From Nitrospiraceae bacterium (GTDB taxonomy: Bacteria; Nitrospirota; Nitrospiria; Nitrospirales; Nitrospiraceae): a stretch of DNA of 64,000 bases. The DNA is taken from NCBI GenBank assembly GCA_050246315.1, contig JBFWWG010000004.1, positions 192,001-256,000 on the forward strand. The letters run 5' to 3'. The notes under the pieces were generated by a model that was given only the letters and a program-made list of their open reading frames with translations, searched no databases and was not told the origin of the DNA. This document shows positions 11,529-21,217 of the stretch, one piece after another (the first letter of the stretch is position 1; each line of letters starts with the position of its first letter). The position numbers and the translations under genes are program-made.

Positions 11529-12592
11529 TGCATTTCCGCTCCGACATACGTGAGACCCGTTTCCGATCGAGCCGTCCCGCCGTTCGCGGCGAGTTGAGCA
11601 AGAAAGTCCTGGGTCAGGACAAATACCCGAGCGGCCACCTGTTCCATCGTTTCCTGCGATGCAATTGTCACCCAGTGAATGCCCGGCTCCGAGCGAAACC
11701 ATGTGAGCTGGCGCTTTGCGAACCGGCGGGTGTCCCGCTTCACCAGGCGCACCGCCTCCTCATAACCGTAGTCGCCCAAGAGGTACCCGACCATCTGTTT
11801 GTACCCGACGCTCCTCATGGCGCTCAGGTGGGGACCATATCCTCGGTCGAGTAAACGCCGAGTCTCTTCACAGAGTCCCCTGGCCAACATGGCGTCGACC
11901 CGCTCCTCGATCCGATGGTACAATTCGCTTCTCTCCCGAACCAGTCCGACTATCAATGCGGCATAGGGCGATTCGGCAAACCGGTGGGCGCCGTGGATGT
12001 CCGAAAGTGCCCGACCTGTCCGCTCGTACACTTCCAGCGCTCTGATGATTTTCACGTGGTCGTTCGGATGCAGCCGCCGGGCGGACGGAGGGTCCACGAC
12101 CGCCAACTTCCGGTACAAGAACTCGGTTCCCCGCGACAGCCCCTCCGCCTCCAACCTGGCCCGCATCGTCCAATCAGCCGGAGGTCCATCGCAGAGTCCG
12201 CGTAACAGCCCTCTGATGTACAGCCCCGCCCCCCCCACAACCAAAGGTACCTTGCCTGCCTGATGCAATCGCGAGATCTCGCCAGTCGCATATTGCCGGT
12301 AGAAACCGACGTTGAATGGTTGGTCCGGATTAACAAGATCGATGAGCCGGTGAGGGACGGTCAACCGGTCCTCTGGGCTCGGCTTGTCGGTGCCGATGTC
12401 CATGCCTCGGTAGACCTGGCGGGAATCCGCCGCCAATACGGCCGTCCCCAAGGCCTGAGCCAAACACAGACCCACCGCGGACTTCCCGACGGCGGTCGGT
12501 CCCACCAATGCCACAACTGGCTTGAGCTGAGGAGATTGGGCTGCAGACCGCACGATATCCTCTTTCTCCAAGGACTGTACTCGAGTGCGCAT
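11525..12592 (-). CDS. miaA: tRNA dimethylallyltransferase
   Basis: GPTAVGKS, DSRQVYRGMDIGTDKP, AKRQLTWFR; directly downstream of mutL. Confidence 0.96.
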   Translation of the reverse strand: MRTRVQSLEKEDIVRSAAQSPQLKPVVALVGPTAVGKSAVGLCLAQALGTAVLAADSRQVYRGMDIGTDKPSPEDRLTVPHRLIDLVNPDQPFNVGFYRQYATGEISRLHQAGKVPLVVGGAGLYIRGLLRGLCDGPPADWTMRARLEAEGLSRGTEFLYRKLAVVDPPSARRLHPNDHVKIIRALEVYERTGRALSDIHGAHRFAESPYAALIVGLVRERSELYHRIEERVDAMLARGLCEETRRLLDRGYGPHLSAMRSVGYKQMVGYLLGDYGYEEAVRLVKRDTRRFAKRQLTWFRSEPGIHWVTIASQETMEQVAARVFVLTQDFLAQLAANGGTARSETGLTYVGAEMQ

Positions 12593-12595
12593 GCG

Positions 12596-14422
12596 TCAGC
12601 TTCGGCCGAAAAGACGATTCAGATCATCGAACGGCAGCCGGAGCGCCACACGCCTGCCATGGGGACAGGTCATGACCATCCCCTCCTGCGCCCAGTCTCG
12701 GATCAGTTGGGCGATCTCGGGCAGCGCCATCGACCGTCCGGCGCGGACCGCTGTATGGCATGCCAGGGTCGCCACCATCGCCTGCATCCGCGCGTCGAAG
12801 GAGGACGTCGTCCCCCATTCCTCCAAGTCCTCCAGAATGCCCTGCACCACCCCGGCGACATCACCCATACGCAGGATCGCCGGTACCGCCCGGACCGCAA
12901 ACGATCGATCTCCGAACGGTTCGACATGGAATCCGCAGGATTCCAAAGGCTCCAGATACTGATGCAACAACCTGGCTTGCTGAGCCGTCGTCTCTACCGA
13001 CAACGGTGCGACCAAGGTTTGCGCCTGCACCGTGCGGTCCTGCCAGGCCCTCCACAAGCGCTGGAAGAGGACCCGTTCATGGGCGGTATGTTGATCGATA
13101 ACCTGGAGTTCAGTCCCGAGTTGAGCGACCAGGAAGGTCTGTCTGACCTGGCCGAAGGCCACGACATCCTGGCTTGGTCGAATGGCTGACTCGGTGCCTA
13201 CCACAGAGGAAACAAATGCTCCGGACGGCTCGGCCTCCATGGCGATGTTCCGCCCGGCTCTATCGCTCGTTTCAGCCGCAACCGACGCGGGAAATAATCC
13301 AAGAGTCTGTGCGGCAAATCCGGCCGTACTCTGGGCGACATAGCTCTGATCGGGAACCGGAATCGCGATGTCTGCTCCCGCATCAGCCGCTCGCGCGCCA
13401 TCGCCCTGATCTCCCAGCGCGGTCTTCACGGCCTGGCGTACCGTCTGGTGAATCACTTCCTGCTCGGCGAAACGGACTTCACGTTTGGTCGGATGGACGT
13501 TGACGTCGATACGGGCCGGGTCGACATCCACAAACAAGATGAACTGCACATGGCGTCCCTTCGCCAACTGCGCCCCGTAGGCATCGGCAATCGCGTGCAG
13601 GATGGTGGGATTCTTCACCGGCCGCCGGTTGACGAAAAGTTCCTGCGGACTTCGAGTCCCGCGAAGATGCAGGGCATCGACCGTGACCCCTTCAATGCGG
13701 ATTCCGGCACGTTCCCCTCGAACGACCAGTGTCTGATTCAGGAACTGGCCGCGATAGATCTGCACCATGCGGTCCCGCCTGGTCGGCACGGCTGCACAGT
13801 GCAACACCTCTTGCCCGTTGTGCGTCAGCCGAAAATGCACCTGCGGCCAGGCCAGACTGGCTTGTTGGACCACCTGCGTGATGTGCGAGACCTCAGTCGC
13901 CGTTGATCTGAGAAATTTCCTTCGCGCGGGGGTGTTGAAGAAAAGGTCGGTCACGTCCATCTGAGTGCCGGGGGCAGCGGCGGCATCCTCCACCGACGTT
14001 ACCGTGCCGCCGACCACTTCGACCTTGCTGCCGACGGCGTCGTCCCGGCGGATGGTCACGAGTCTGACCTTCGACACGGCGGCAATGCTGGGTACGGCTT
14101 CGCCTCGAAAACCCATCGTTCGGATGGACGCGAGATCTTGATCGGACCGCAGCTTGCTGGTGGCATGCCGCCGAAAGGCCAGCAGTGCATCCTCCCGCGT
14201 CATCCCCTCTCCATTGTCGGTCACACGAATTCGGCTCAGCCCGCCGTCGGCCACCTCAATGGTGATCATCGTGCTGCCCGCATCGAGACTATTGTCGATG
14301 AGTTCCTTGACGACGGCGGCCGGACGCTCGACGACCTCCCCCGCGGCGATGCGACCGACGACCTCGGCGGACAGAATCCGGATTTTCGCCTGAGGGCTGC
14401 TCGTGATCATATCCTGTGGCAC
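12596..14422 (-). CDS. mutL: DNA mismatch repair endonuclease MutL
   Basis: IAAGEVVERPA, HATSK, GFRGEA, DVNVHPTK, and C-terminal DQH..HER, ACH and CPHGR. Confidence 0.97.
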   Translation of the reverse strand: MPQDMITSSPQAKIRILSAEVVGRIAAGEVVERPAAVVKELIDNSLDAGSTMITIEVADGGLSRIRVTDNGEGMTREDALLAFRRHATSKLRSDQDLASIRTMGFRGEAVPSIAAVSKVRLVTIRRDDAVGSKVEVVGGTVTSVEDAAAAPGTQMDVTDLFFNTPARRKFLRSTATEVSHITQVVQQASLAWPQVHFRLTHNGQEVLHCAAVPTRRDRMVQIYRGQFLNQTLVVRGERAGIRIEGVTVDALHLRGTRSPQELFVNRRPVKNPTILHAIADAYGAQLAKGRHVQFILFVDVDPARIDVNVHPTKREVRFAEQEVIHQTVRQAVKTALGDQGDGARAADAGADIAIPVPDQSYVAQSTAGFAAQTLGLFPASVAAETSDRAGRNIAMEAEPSGAFVSSVVGTESAIRPSQDVVAFGQVRQTFLVAQLGTELQVIDQHTAHERVLFQRLWRAWQDRTVQAQTLVAPLSVETTAQQARLLHQYLEPLESCGFHVEPFGDRSFAVRAVPAILRMGDVAGVVQGILEDLEEWGTTSSFDARMQAMVATLACHTAVRAGRSMALPEIAQLIRDWAQEGMVMTCPHGRRVALRLPFDDLNRLFGRS

Positions 14423-14476
14423 ATGGCCGTCTGGACAGGCGCGAGACGGCGGCGAGCGCGTTGCCGGGCAGGCGGA

Positions 14477-15277
14477 TTATCGCAGCTCGGCAAGCCGATT
14501 CTTGGCAAGCTTGGCTTCTTCGGAAACCGCAAAATCCTCGATGACGCGTTTCAAATACTTCTTGGCCTTCCCGGTATCGCCGGTTTCCGACGCGGACAGC
14601 CCGATCTTGTACAGCGCGGCTGGCACCTTCTCGCTGCCCGGATATTCGGTGACAACCTGCTCATAGGCCTGCATCGCCCGCACGTAATCCTTCAAGTTGT
14701 AGTAGGACTCCCCGAGCCAGTAGTATCCGTTGGGCACCAAGGACGCGGTCGGAAAATCCTTGACGAATTTTTGAAAGCCGATCACCGCCATATCGTAGCG
14801 CCCGTTGAGATAGTCATTATAGGCAAGATTGAACGCGGAGGTCGGTGAGAGACCCGGCACACCGGGCAACAGGGCGCCGCTCTCGGGAGCCGGGGACGGT
14901 TTCGCCGGCTTGCTGCTCCTGCTCATCTCCGTCGCGGGAGACGGCTCGACCTTCGAGGAAATGGATGGTGTCCCGGAGCCGGGCGATTCTTCGAACCTCG
15001 CCATCCGACCCTCCAGTTTGCCGAGGCGCGCAGCCAAGTCGTCCAGGCGTTGTCGCAGTGGATCGGCATCCTTCTCCTTGACGGCCTCCAGCGTTTGGAC
15101 TCGCCGTGTGAGACCCTCCAGACGTTTTTGCTCCTGGTCCTGCGTTTTCACCGCCGCCCGGAGTTCTTCCCGGACATCCACAAAATCCGAGTGCTTGGCG
15201 CAACCCGAGACGAGCACACCAATGGAGAGGATGATCAGCAGACCAGTCGCTCGGCATGATAATCCGGAAAGGCACAT
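14477..15277 (-). CDS. cpoB: Tol-Pal system protein CpoB/YbgF (lipoprotein)
   Basis: Lipobox VSGC, short coiled coil, TPR domain with YYWLGESYY and YPGSEKVPAALYKIG. Start moved to ATG 15277, after AGGAG. Confidence 0.85.
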   Translation of the reverse strand: MCLSGLSCRATGLLIILSIGVLVSGCAKHSDFVDVREELRAAVKTQDQEQKRLEGLTRRVQTLEAVKEKDADPLRQRLDDLAARLGKLEGRMARFEESPGSGTPSISSKVEPSPATEMSRSSKPAKPSPAPESGALLPGVPGLSPTSAFNLAYNDYLNGRYDMAVIGFQKFVKDFPTASLVPNGYYWLGESYYNLKDYVRAMQAYEQVVTEYPGSEKVPAALYKIGLSASETGDTGKAKKYLKRVIEDFAVSEEAKLAKNRLAELR

Positions 15278-15284
15278 CTCGATG

Positions 15285-17099
15285 TCAATGCTCCTTTTTG
15301 AGTTGGGCGAGCTTTTCGGTGGCCTTGCCCGCTTCCTGGCTGTTGGGATAGCGCGACAGCAAGTGCTGGAACGCAGCCGTCGCCTTGGCGCGGTCCCGCA
15401 AGGCCAACTGCGCATAGCCCTTTTTCAAGATCGCGGAGGGAACCTTTTCGCTGTGGGGATAATCGCGTTCCACCCGTTCATAGGAGTCGATCGCCCGTCG
15501 GTAATCCTTCTGGCCGTAGTAGGATTCGCCAAGCCAGAAGCGGGCATTCGGCGACAAATCGGAATTCGGATAGTCCGACAGAAACGCCGTGAATCCTTCC
15601 TGTGCACCGGGGAGATCTCCCTCGCGCATGCGTCCCAGCAACTGTTCATATCGCTCCCTCGCAGGATCTCGCCCGGTCGGTCCGGAAAACATGGCTGGCT
15701 GCGGAGGCCGCTCGCTGGGCGGCGCCACCCGCGGGGCCGTAGTTTTCGCCTGAATCGAAACCTGATCGTTGCTATTCGACGAGGTCGCAGGATGGTTTAT
15801 CGGCGCCGGAGCAGAAATCGGGTGTGCTGTCCGATCCGCGAGTTGCTGCTCCACCCGCTTATTGAATTCCTGAACGGCCGTGAGGTATTTGGTGAGATCT
15901 TCCAGCCGCCGATCCTGCTCCTCCAACCGGGTGACGACCTTGGCGTATTCCGGCCCCTGCTGCTCCACCCGTTTGGTGAATTCCTGAACACCGGTCACGT
16001 ACCTGCCAAGCTCCTCCAGGCGCCGGTCCTGCTCCTCCAACCGGTTCGCGAACTTGTCCCCGGCAGATTCAAGGGCCTTTGCCACGGTGTTCACGCTCTT
16101 GTTCACCTCTTCAAGATGGTCGCTGGTGCTCTTGTTGACCTCATTGACGTGATGGCTCATCGACTTCATATCGGCATCGAGTTTGACCGACAGTCCATCG
16201 ACCCGCTTGGCTAGCACCGACGACTGCTGACTCACCGATCCGGAGAGATCGGTCGCGGCCTTGTCTTGACTGACGATCTTGTCGCCCAATCCGGTGAGAG
16301 CCAACTTGAAATCGCCCAGAGCCTGCTTGAGGTCCGCCACGTTCTTATCCTGCACCTCCAATTTCTGGTTCAGTCCGGCCGACTTGGCCTCGGCATGCTT
16401 GATGTCCCGCTGCTGCTCGTCGAGACGCTCGCTAATTTTTTCCAATCGCTCGCTGACCTTCTTGAACATATTCTCCGACGTCGCAACCCGGGCGGAGACT
16501 TCGTCTACACGGATCGACAATTTGGCCACCTGTGCGGTGGAATCGCCGGATAGTTTGCTCAGATCCTTGGTAACCGCTTCCTTGAAATCGCTTCGGAACC
16601 GTTCTTGATCGCTCCGCAACCGATCCTGCTCCGTCTTGATCTCGGTTCTAAACCGGTCTTGCTCCATCTTGAGTTCTTGCCGCGAGGTCGTCACCAGATT
16701 GGACTGTTCAGTTAGCTCCTTTCGCAGCTTGTTCGCAGCCTGGGACAGTTCGCTGCGGATGTCGTCCTGCGAGCGCCGCAGTTTGTCCTCTTCATGCGCC
16801 CGCTTCTCGACGTCGCCCCGGAGCGCCGCCAATTCCCGTTCGCGAATCTGGCTGATATCTTCGTTCAACCTCGCTCGGGTTTCCCGCACAATGCGGTCCA
16901 TCTCGGTTTTCATCTCGGCCTTGGATTCACTGATGAGCTTCTGCATTTCGGTCTTGCTGTCACGAATACTCTTCTGCAGCTCGAGTTTATTATTCTTGAC
17001 ATCGGCCTGCTGGGCGAGGCACCCGGCGAGGACAAGGCAGCTCAACCCGCCGGCCGCCGGCAGGCTCCATTTCCAGACCGCGTGCGCAATCAGACTCAT
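15285..17099 (-). CDS. CpoB/YbgF-like lipoprotein with a very long coiled coil
   Basis: Lipobox LAGC, over 400 aa of heptad-rich sequence, C-terminal TPR with ARFWLGESYY and SEKVPSAILKKG. Confidence 0.82.
   Translation of the reverse strand: MSLIAHAVWKWSLPAAGGLSCLVLAGCLAQQADVKNNKLELQKSIRDSKTEMQKLISESKAEMKTEMDRIVRETRARLNEDISQIRERELAALRGDVEKRAHEEDKLRRSQDDIRSELSQAANKLRKELTEQSNLVTTSRQELKMEQDRFRTEIKTEQDRLRSDQERFRSDFKEAVTKDLSKLSGDSTAQVAKLSIRVDEVSARVATSENMFKKVSERLEKISERLDEQQRDIKHAEAKSAGLNQKLEVQDKNVADLKQALGDFKLALTGLGDKIVSQDKAATDLSGSVSQQSSVLAKRVDGLSVKLDADMKSMSHHVNEVNKSTSDHLEEVNKSVNTVAKALESAGDKFANRLEEQDRRLEELGRYVTGVQEFTKRVEQQGPEYAKVVTRLEEQDRRLEDLTKYLTAVQEFNKRVEQQLADRTAHPISAPAPINHPATSSNSNDQVSIQAKTTAPRVAPPSERPPQPAMFSGPTGRDPARERYEQLLGRMREGDLPGAQEGFTAFLSDYPNSDLSPNARFWLGESYYGQKDYRRAIDSYERVERDYPHSEKVPSAILKKGYAQLALRDRAKATAAFQHLLSRYPNSQEAGKATEKLAQLKKEH
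15846..16044. repeat. Intragenic duplication, period 114 nt (38 aa)
   Basis: 15846-15930 and 15960-16044 encode RLEEQDRRLEDLTKYLTAVQEFNKRVEQ and RLEEQDRRLEELGRYVTGVQEFTKRVEQ. Confidence 0.85.
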
Positions 17100-17182
17100 G
17101 CGTCACCCCCTACACCTTCCGTACCGCTTGCGATGGGCTCGCTCCGGATCATCCAGGTGCGTTCCGACCCTGTCGGCAGGTG

Positions 17183-18019
17183 CTACTTCTTCCTCACGAC
17201 CAGATGACCGCGCCGATTCTGTTGGTGGCAACTCTCGGCATGCTCATGGCAGAAGGGCCGCTCCTTGCCATAGGAGACGACCGACAATTGATTGGCCGCC
17301 ACACCGAGCTCCACCAGGTAGTTTCTGACGGCCTTGGCCCGCTTTTCTCCCAACACCAGGTTATAAGCCGAGGTGCCGCGTTCATCGCAGTGGCCCTCGA
17401 TCTTGACCAAGCTGTCGGGGTTCGTCCTAATCCAGTCCGCATCGACCGCCAGAACCCGCCGGCCCTCCTCATTGATCTGCCAGCTATCGTAGGCGAAAAA
17501 CACGTCCTGCAAGCCCGCGGCCGCAGAGGCCAATTGCTCTTGCCGCAATTCTTCGGTTTGGCGCGCCGCACTCTCGGAGGGCTGAACCTTCGCCAACAAC
17601 GGCCCGCCCCCGAGTCGCTCCTCACCCGGAGCGCTCCCCGATTTCATGGAATCCAGTCCGCTCAAATGGCTCGTGTCTCCGGCTGGATAGCCAGGAGCGC
17701 CCCCCATTTCCCCACCGGACTGCGACAGGCTGGGAATGTTGGAATTATAATCCGGTTCGATCGTTCGTCCTGTTCCGCCCGATGAGTCCGGCACCCCACT
17801 GGCCGAGTCCGGCATCCCGCTGGGTCCGATCGGCTGTTCCGAGACACTGCCGGTTCCGAATCCTCCCACCCCGCCGGGCCCGCCTCCCCCACGCTTGGCC
17901 GCCTCCGACGACTTGGAGCCCGAACTGGCCTGCACGGATTTCTTGGAGCACCCCGGCGTTGCCAGCAACAGCAACCCGACGGCTCCGATAAGACTGATGG
18001 TGACACACGATATCTTCAT
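17183..18019 (-). CDS. pal: Peptidoglycan-associated lipoprotein with a long Gly/Ser/Pro linker
   Basis: Lipobox TPGC; OmpA-like domain with VFFAYD, IEGHCDERG, YNLVLGEKRA, SYGKERP and NRR. Confidence 0.93.
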   Translation of the reverse strand: MKISCVTISLIGAVGLLLLATPGCSKKSVQASSGSKSSEAAKRGGGGPGGVGGFGTGSVSEQPIGPSGMPDSASGVPDSSGGTGRTIEPDYNSNIPSLSQSGGEMGGAPGYPAGDTSHLSGLDSMKSGSAPGEERLGGGPLLAKVQPSESAARQTEELRQEQLASAAAGLQDVFFAYDSWQINEEGRRVLAVDADWIRTNPDSLVKIEGHCDERGTSAYNLVLGEKRAKAVRNYLVELGVAANQLSVVSYGKERPFCHEHAESCHQQNRRGHLVVRKK

Positions 18020-18090
18020 GGGTGAACTCCTCAGGTGAAAGTAAGTCGATCGTGCAACTCGGTCGGGTTAACGTCGGCGCCCGGCCGGTC

Positions 18091-19413
18091 TCAGGCTGGG
18101 GACCACGTCGGAGAGCTATTGTGATGCCCGTCGAAGGTAATGCGTTCAATGTCTTTTCCGTCAGCATTTACCATATAGATATGGCTTTTTCCATCAACGA
18201 TGGAACTGAAGACGACATGCCGGCCATCCGGCGACCATGACGGCGAATCGTCGAGTCCGGAACCGGTCGTGATCTGCTCACGTCGCTGGCCGTCCGGGCT
18301 GATCAGACAGATCTTATACTCACGCCGCGCCGTCCGGCAGACGTAGGCGATCCAATTCCCCTTCGGCGACCATGCCGGCGCCGCATTGTAGTCGCCTTCG
18401 AACGTCAATCGCCGGACATTGGAGCCGTCGGCACTCATAATATAGACTTGCGGCCCCCCGCTTCGATCGGAGACAAAGGCCAGCTCACGGCCGGTCGGAG
18501 ACCAGGTGGGGGACAGATCGCCGGCTTGGTTCGTGGTCAACCGCTCAAACGCCTTCGTCCTGGTGTCCTGCTTGTAAATTTCTGAGTTGCCGTCCTCACT
18601 GGAGGCAAAGGCCAAATAATTCCCATCCGGCGACAGGGCCGGGGTGATATTGAGCCCCTTTTTGGAAATCAACGTCCATCGCTTGCCTGTCGCGAGTTCA
18701 ATCATGTCAATGTCCTGCGTGTTGCGGCTTCGATAGGCGGTGAAAATGAGAAACCGGCGGTCGGCCGACCATCGGGGCATCAGGTTCAGGTAGCCATCGG
18801 CCGTCACCTGTCTCGGATCATGGCCGTCGTAATCCATGACGAAGAGTTCTCGCGCGCCCTTCTGTTCCGAGACATAGGCGATCTTTGTCCTGGCGATCCC
18901 CTGCTCGCCCGTGTACCGAAACACCAGTTCGTCGGCAAATCGATGGGCGATGAGACGGGTCACACCGGTCGCGCCGACGTACCGTTTTCCGCTGATCACC
19001 TCGTCCGTTCCCCCGTCGTAGACATACGCGTCGATATGAGCATCGGTGTCCTTGCTTCCGTCCTTGGCCGCCGCTTTGCCCCAGACGAGTACCGAAATGC
19101 CGTTGTCGGTGGCCTGCTTGAATACCGCCTTCTCATCGCCCTTGAGCTCCCGCACCTTAATGCCTCGGCTCGGCAAGTCCACCACGTCGAAGATCAACGA
19201 GCGGCGAAGATCGGCCTTCAATACTTCCTCGATACGGCTGCCCAGCCATTCAGACCCGTTGCTGGCTCGAAATCCCACCACGCCGAGCGGAATCTTCTGA
19301 AAATCAGGACGCGTCGCCTCCAGAAAGACATCCGTCGCCCGTGACTCGAAAATGGAAGCCACCCCGATCACCGCGATCATCGCCACACCGGTTAAAAGAG
19401 CACGCATGAGCAT
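18091..19413 (-). CDS. tolB: Tol-Pal beta-propeller protein TolB
   Basis: AHRFADE, TKIAYV and repeated P.WSP.G PD40 motifs; position in the tol operon. Confidence 0.93.
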   Translation of the reverse strand: MLMRALLTGVAMIAVIGVASIFESRATDVFLEATRPDFQKIPLGVVGFRASNGSEWLGSRIEEVLKADLRRSLIFDVVDLPSRGIKVRELKGDEKAVFKQATDNGISVLVWGKAAAKDGSKDTDAHIDAYVYDGGTDEVISGKRYVGATGVTRLIAHRFADELVFRYTGEQGIARTKIAYVSEQKGARELFVMDYDGHDPRQVTADGYLNLMPRWSADRRFLIFTAYRSRNTQDIDMIELATGKRWTLISKKGLNITPALSPDGNYLAFASSEDGNSEIYKQDTRTKAFERLTTNQAGDLSPTWSPTGRELAFVSDRSGGPQVYIMSADGSNVRRLTFEGDYNAAPAWSPKGNWIAYVCRTARREYKICLISPDGQRREQITTGSGLDDSPSWSPDGRHVVFSSIVDGKSHIYMVNADGKDIERITFDGHHNSSPTWSPA

Positions 19414-20727
19414 TTACCCCGTAAAGTCTCCGACCACGAAACTGAAATGCGCGTCGAAATAGGCACTGGACAGATCCTTGGGAAAAGGCGGCAGCGGGTC
19501 CGCGTTCAGCACGGCCCGTTTTCCAGCCAGATCATAGTACTCGCTTCCTGAGGATAGTTCGACCGTTACTCCGCTGACGGCGCCGCTGCGGTTCAGCCGA
19601 AACCGAATGACCACGGTCAAGCCCTTGCCGATCATCTCAACCGGCGGAGCTGTCCAATGTTGGCTGATCAACTGTTGCACCCTCGCGAGATAGGCGTTCG
19701 ACCCTGGCCCAGCACCGGGCACGTTGATCGTCATTTCCGGGCGGATGCTCGCAAGCTTGGATGCCATCGCAGGAGGGACCGGGGCAGGCTCGATCTCTTC
19801 ATGCTTCACGACTTCACGCGGGCGAGCATCAACCGTCTTGACCGTCGCGGTACTGAAGGTCGGACTCTCCTGCGGCTTGGGCAGCGGCTGTTCCTTGGTT
19901 TTCTTGAGTTCTCGCTCCAATTCCTGCTGGAACTCGTCGGACAAAGATGCCCGCTGCTCTCGCGGCCGCGGGCGCTCCTCGACAGCCGGAGGGGGAACGG
20001 CAGGCAATTCCCTGGTCTCCGGCACCTTCAGCTTGCTGAGAAGCGATCTGACCTCCGTCCTCGTTCGGTCAGGCACCCGTTGCGGTGTGGCATCCGGGAT
20101 GGGCTGTGGTGCCGGTGCCACCGGCCGATCGGGGCTGAGTTCCCCGAACTTTGGGACCTCTCGTGGGAGGTCAACGTCCTTCAAGGCGCCGCGAAATGGA
20201 TTCTCCGCTCCCCGCTTCGGCCCGGAGACCGGCGGAGCAGGCGGAGGTACGATCGGCTCATACCTTGTCTGCGGAGGAGCCGGCGACACGGTCGGCAATT
20301 TCGGCGCCACGACAACCGGCGCCGGGGCCTTTTGGGTCGGAGCCGGAGCCTTCTGGACCGGCGCCGGGGTCTTTTGAATTGCCGGCGGGGGTGGAGGCAA
20401 CGTCCGCGAAGGTTGCGGCTCTGGCTTGCTTGGCGGCGGGGGCACGGCCCGCGACTGAGGCTGCACCGGAGTCGGCTGACTCTTCTGAACGGCAGGCTTA
20501 GGAGCCGGCGGCAAGGTGATCAACGACACTTGCACGGCAGCGGAAAGGGGACGTTCACCCGTCTTAAACGACATGAAGGCAAATACGAGCAGGAGGGCAA
20601 GATGGAGCGATAGCGAGAGGGCCAGCGGCCCGGTGACAGGCTCGGATTTCCCTCTGGCTCCGGTGAGAGGCAGGACCAACGGCAAGGACTGTGACGACGA
20701 TTGAGACCGTGCGGCCATCTGACCCAT
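19414..20727 (-). CDS. tolA: TolA/TonB-family energy transducer
   Basis: TM helix with SLSLH, long Pro-rich spacer, TonB_C domain (SSGSEYYDLAGKRAV, PLPPFP); lies between tolR and tolB. Start uncertain (20727 or 20718). Confidence 0.8.
   Translation of the reverse strand: MGQMAARSQSSSQSLPLVLPLTGARGKSEPVTGPLALSLSLHLALLLVFAFMSFKTGERPLSAAVQVSLITLPPAPKPAVQKSQPTPVQPQSRAVPPPPSKPEPQPSRTLPPPPPAIQKTPAPVQKAPAPTQKAPAPVVVAPKLPTVSPAPPQTRYEPIVPPPAPPVSGPKRGAENPFRGALKDVDLPREVPKFGELSPDRPVAPAPQPIPDATPQRVPDRTRTEVRSLLSKLKVPETRELPAVPPPAVEERPRPREQRASLSDEFQQELERELKKTKEQPLPKPQESPTFSTATVKTVDARPREVVKHEEIEPAPVPPAMASKLASIRPEMTINVPGAGPGSNAYLARVQQLISQHWTAPPVEMIGKGLTVVIRFRLNRSGAVSGVTVELSSGSEYYDLAGKRAVLNADPLPPFPKDLSSAYFDAHFSFVVGDFTG
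20315..20377. repeat. 21-nt tandem repeat, three units, in the tolA linker
   Basis: Encodes QKTPAPV-QKAPAPT-QKAPAPV. Confidence 0.7.
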
Positions 20728-20767
20728 TGTTTCCAACCGCCCCCGACCGCTTGAGCCGAATGACGTG

Positions 20768-21217
20768 TTAGCGCTTTTGCTCTCCGACCTTAGTCGGCTC
20801 CTCGGCCACCCGCTCACTGGTTGTTGGTTCCGTCACCATGCCCATTTTTTCGATGCCGGCCTTCTTCACCCCGTCCATCACCTGGACGACCGTGCCGTAC
20901 GGCACATCCCGATCCGCCCGCAGAAATACCGACACATCGGCGTTCTGCTCCTTCGCTGATCGGAGTCGCCGCTCAAGTTGCGCGACGCTGATCGGGTCCT
21001 TATCCAGGTACAGCTTCTGATCCTTCTCGATCGTCAGCACCATTCGCACTTCCGGCTTGATGGTATTGCTGGCCGACGACGGCAGTTTAATATCGATCCC
21101 TCGGTACAGCATGGGCGCGGTGATCATAAAGATGACCAACAGCACCAAGACGACGTCCACGAGCGGGATAACGTTGATCTCGGCCATGAATCGCCGCTGT
21201 CGCGATTCCATCATCAT
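20768..21217 (-). CDS. tolR: TolR/ExbD
   Basis: EINVIPLVDVVLVLLVIFMITAP, LRADRDVPYG. Confidence 0.92.
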   Translation of the reverse strand: MMMESRQRRFMAEINVIPLVDVVLVLLVIFMITAPMLYRGIDIKLPSSASNTIKPEVRMVLTIEKDQKLYLDKDPISVAQLERRLRSAKEQNADVSVFLRADRDVPYGTVVQVMDGVKKAGIEKMGMVTEPTTSERVAEEPTKVGEQKR

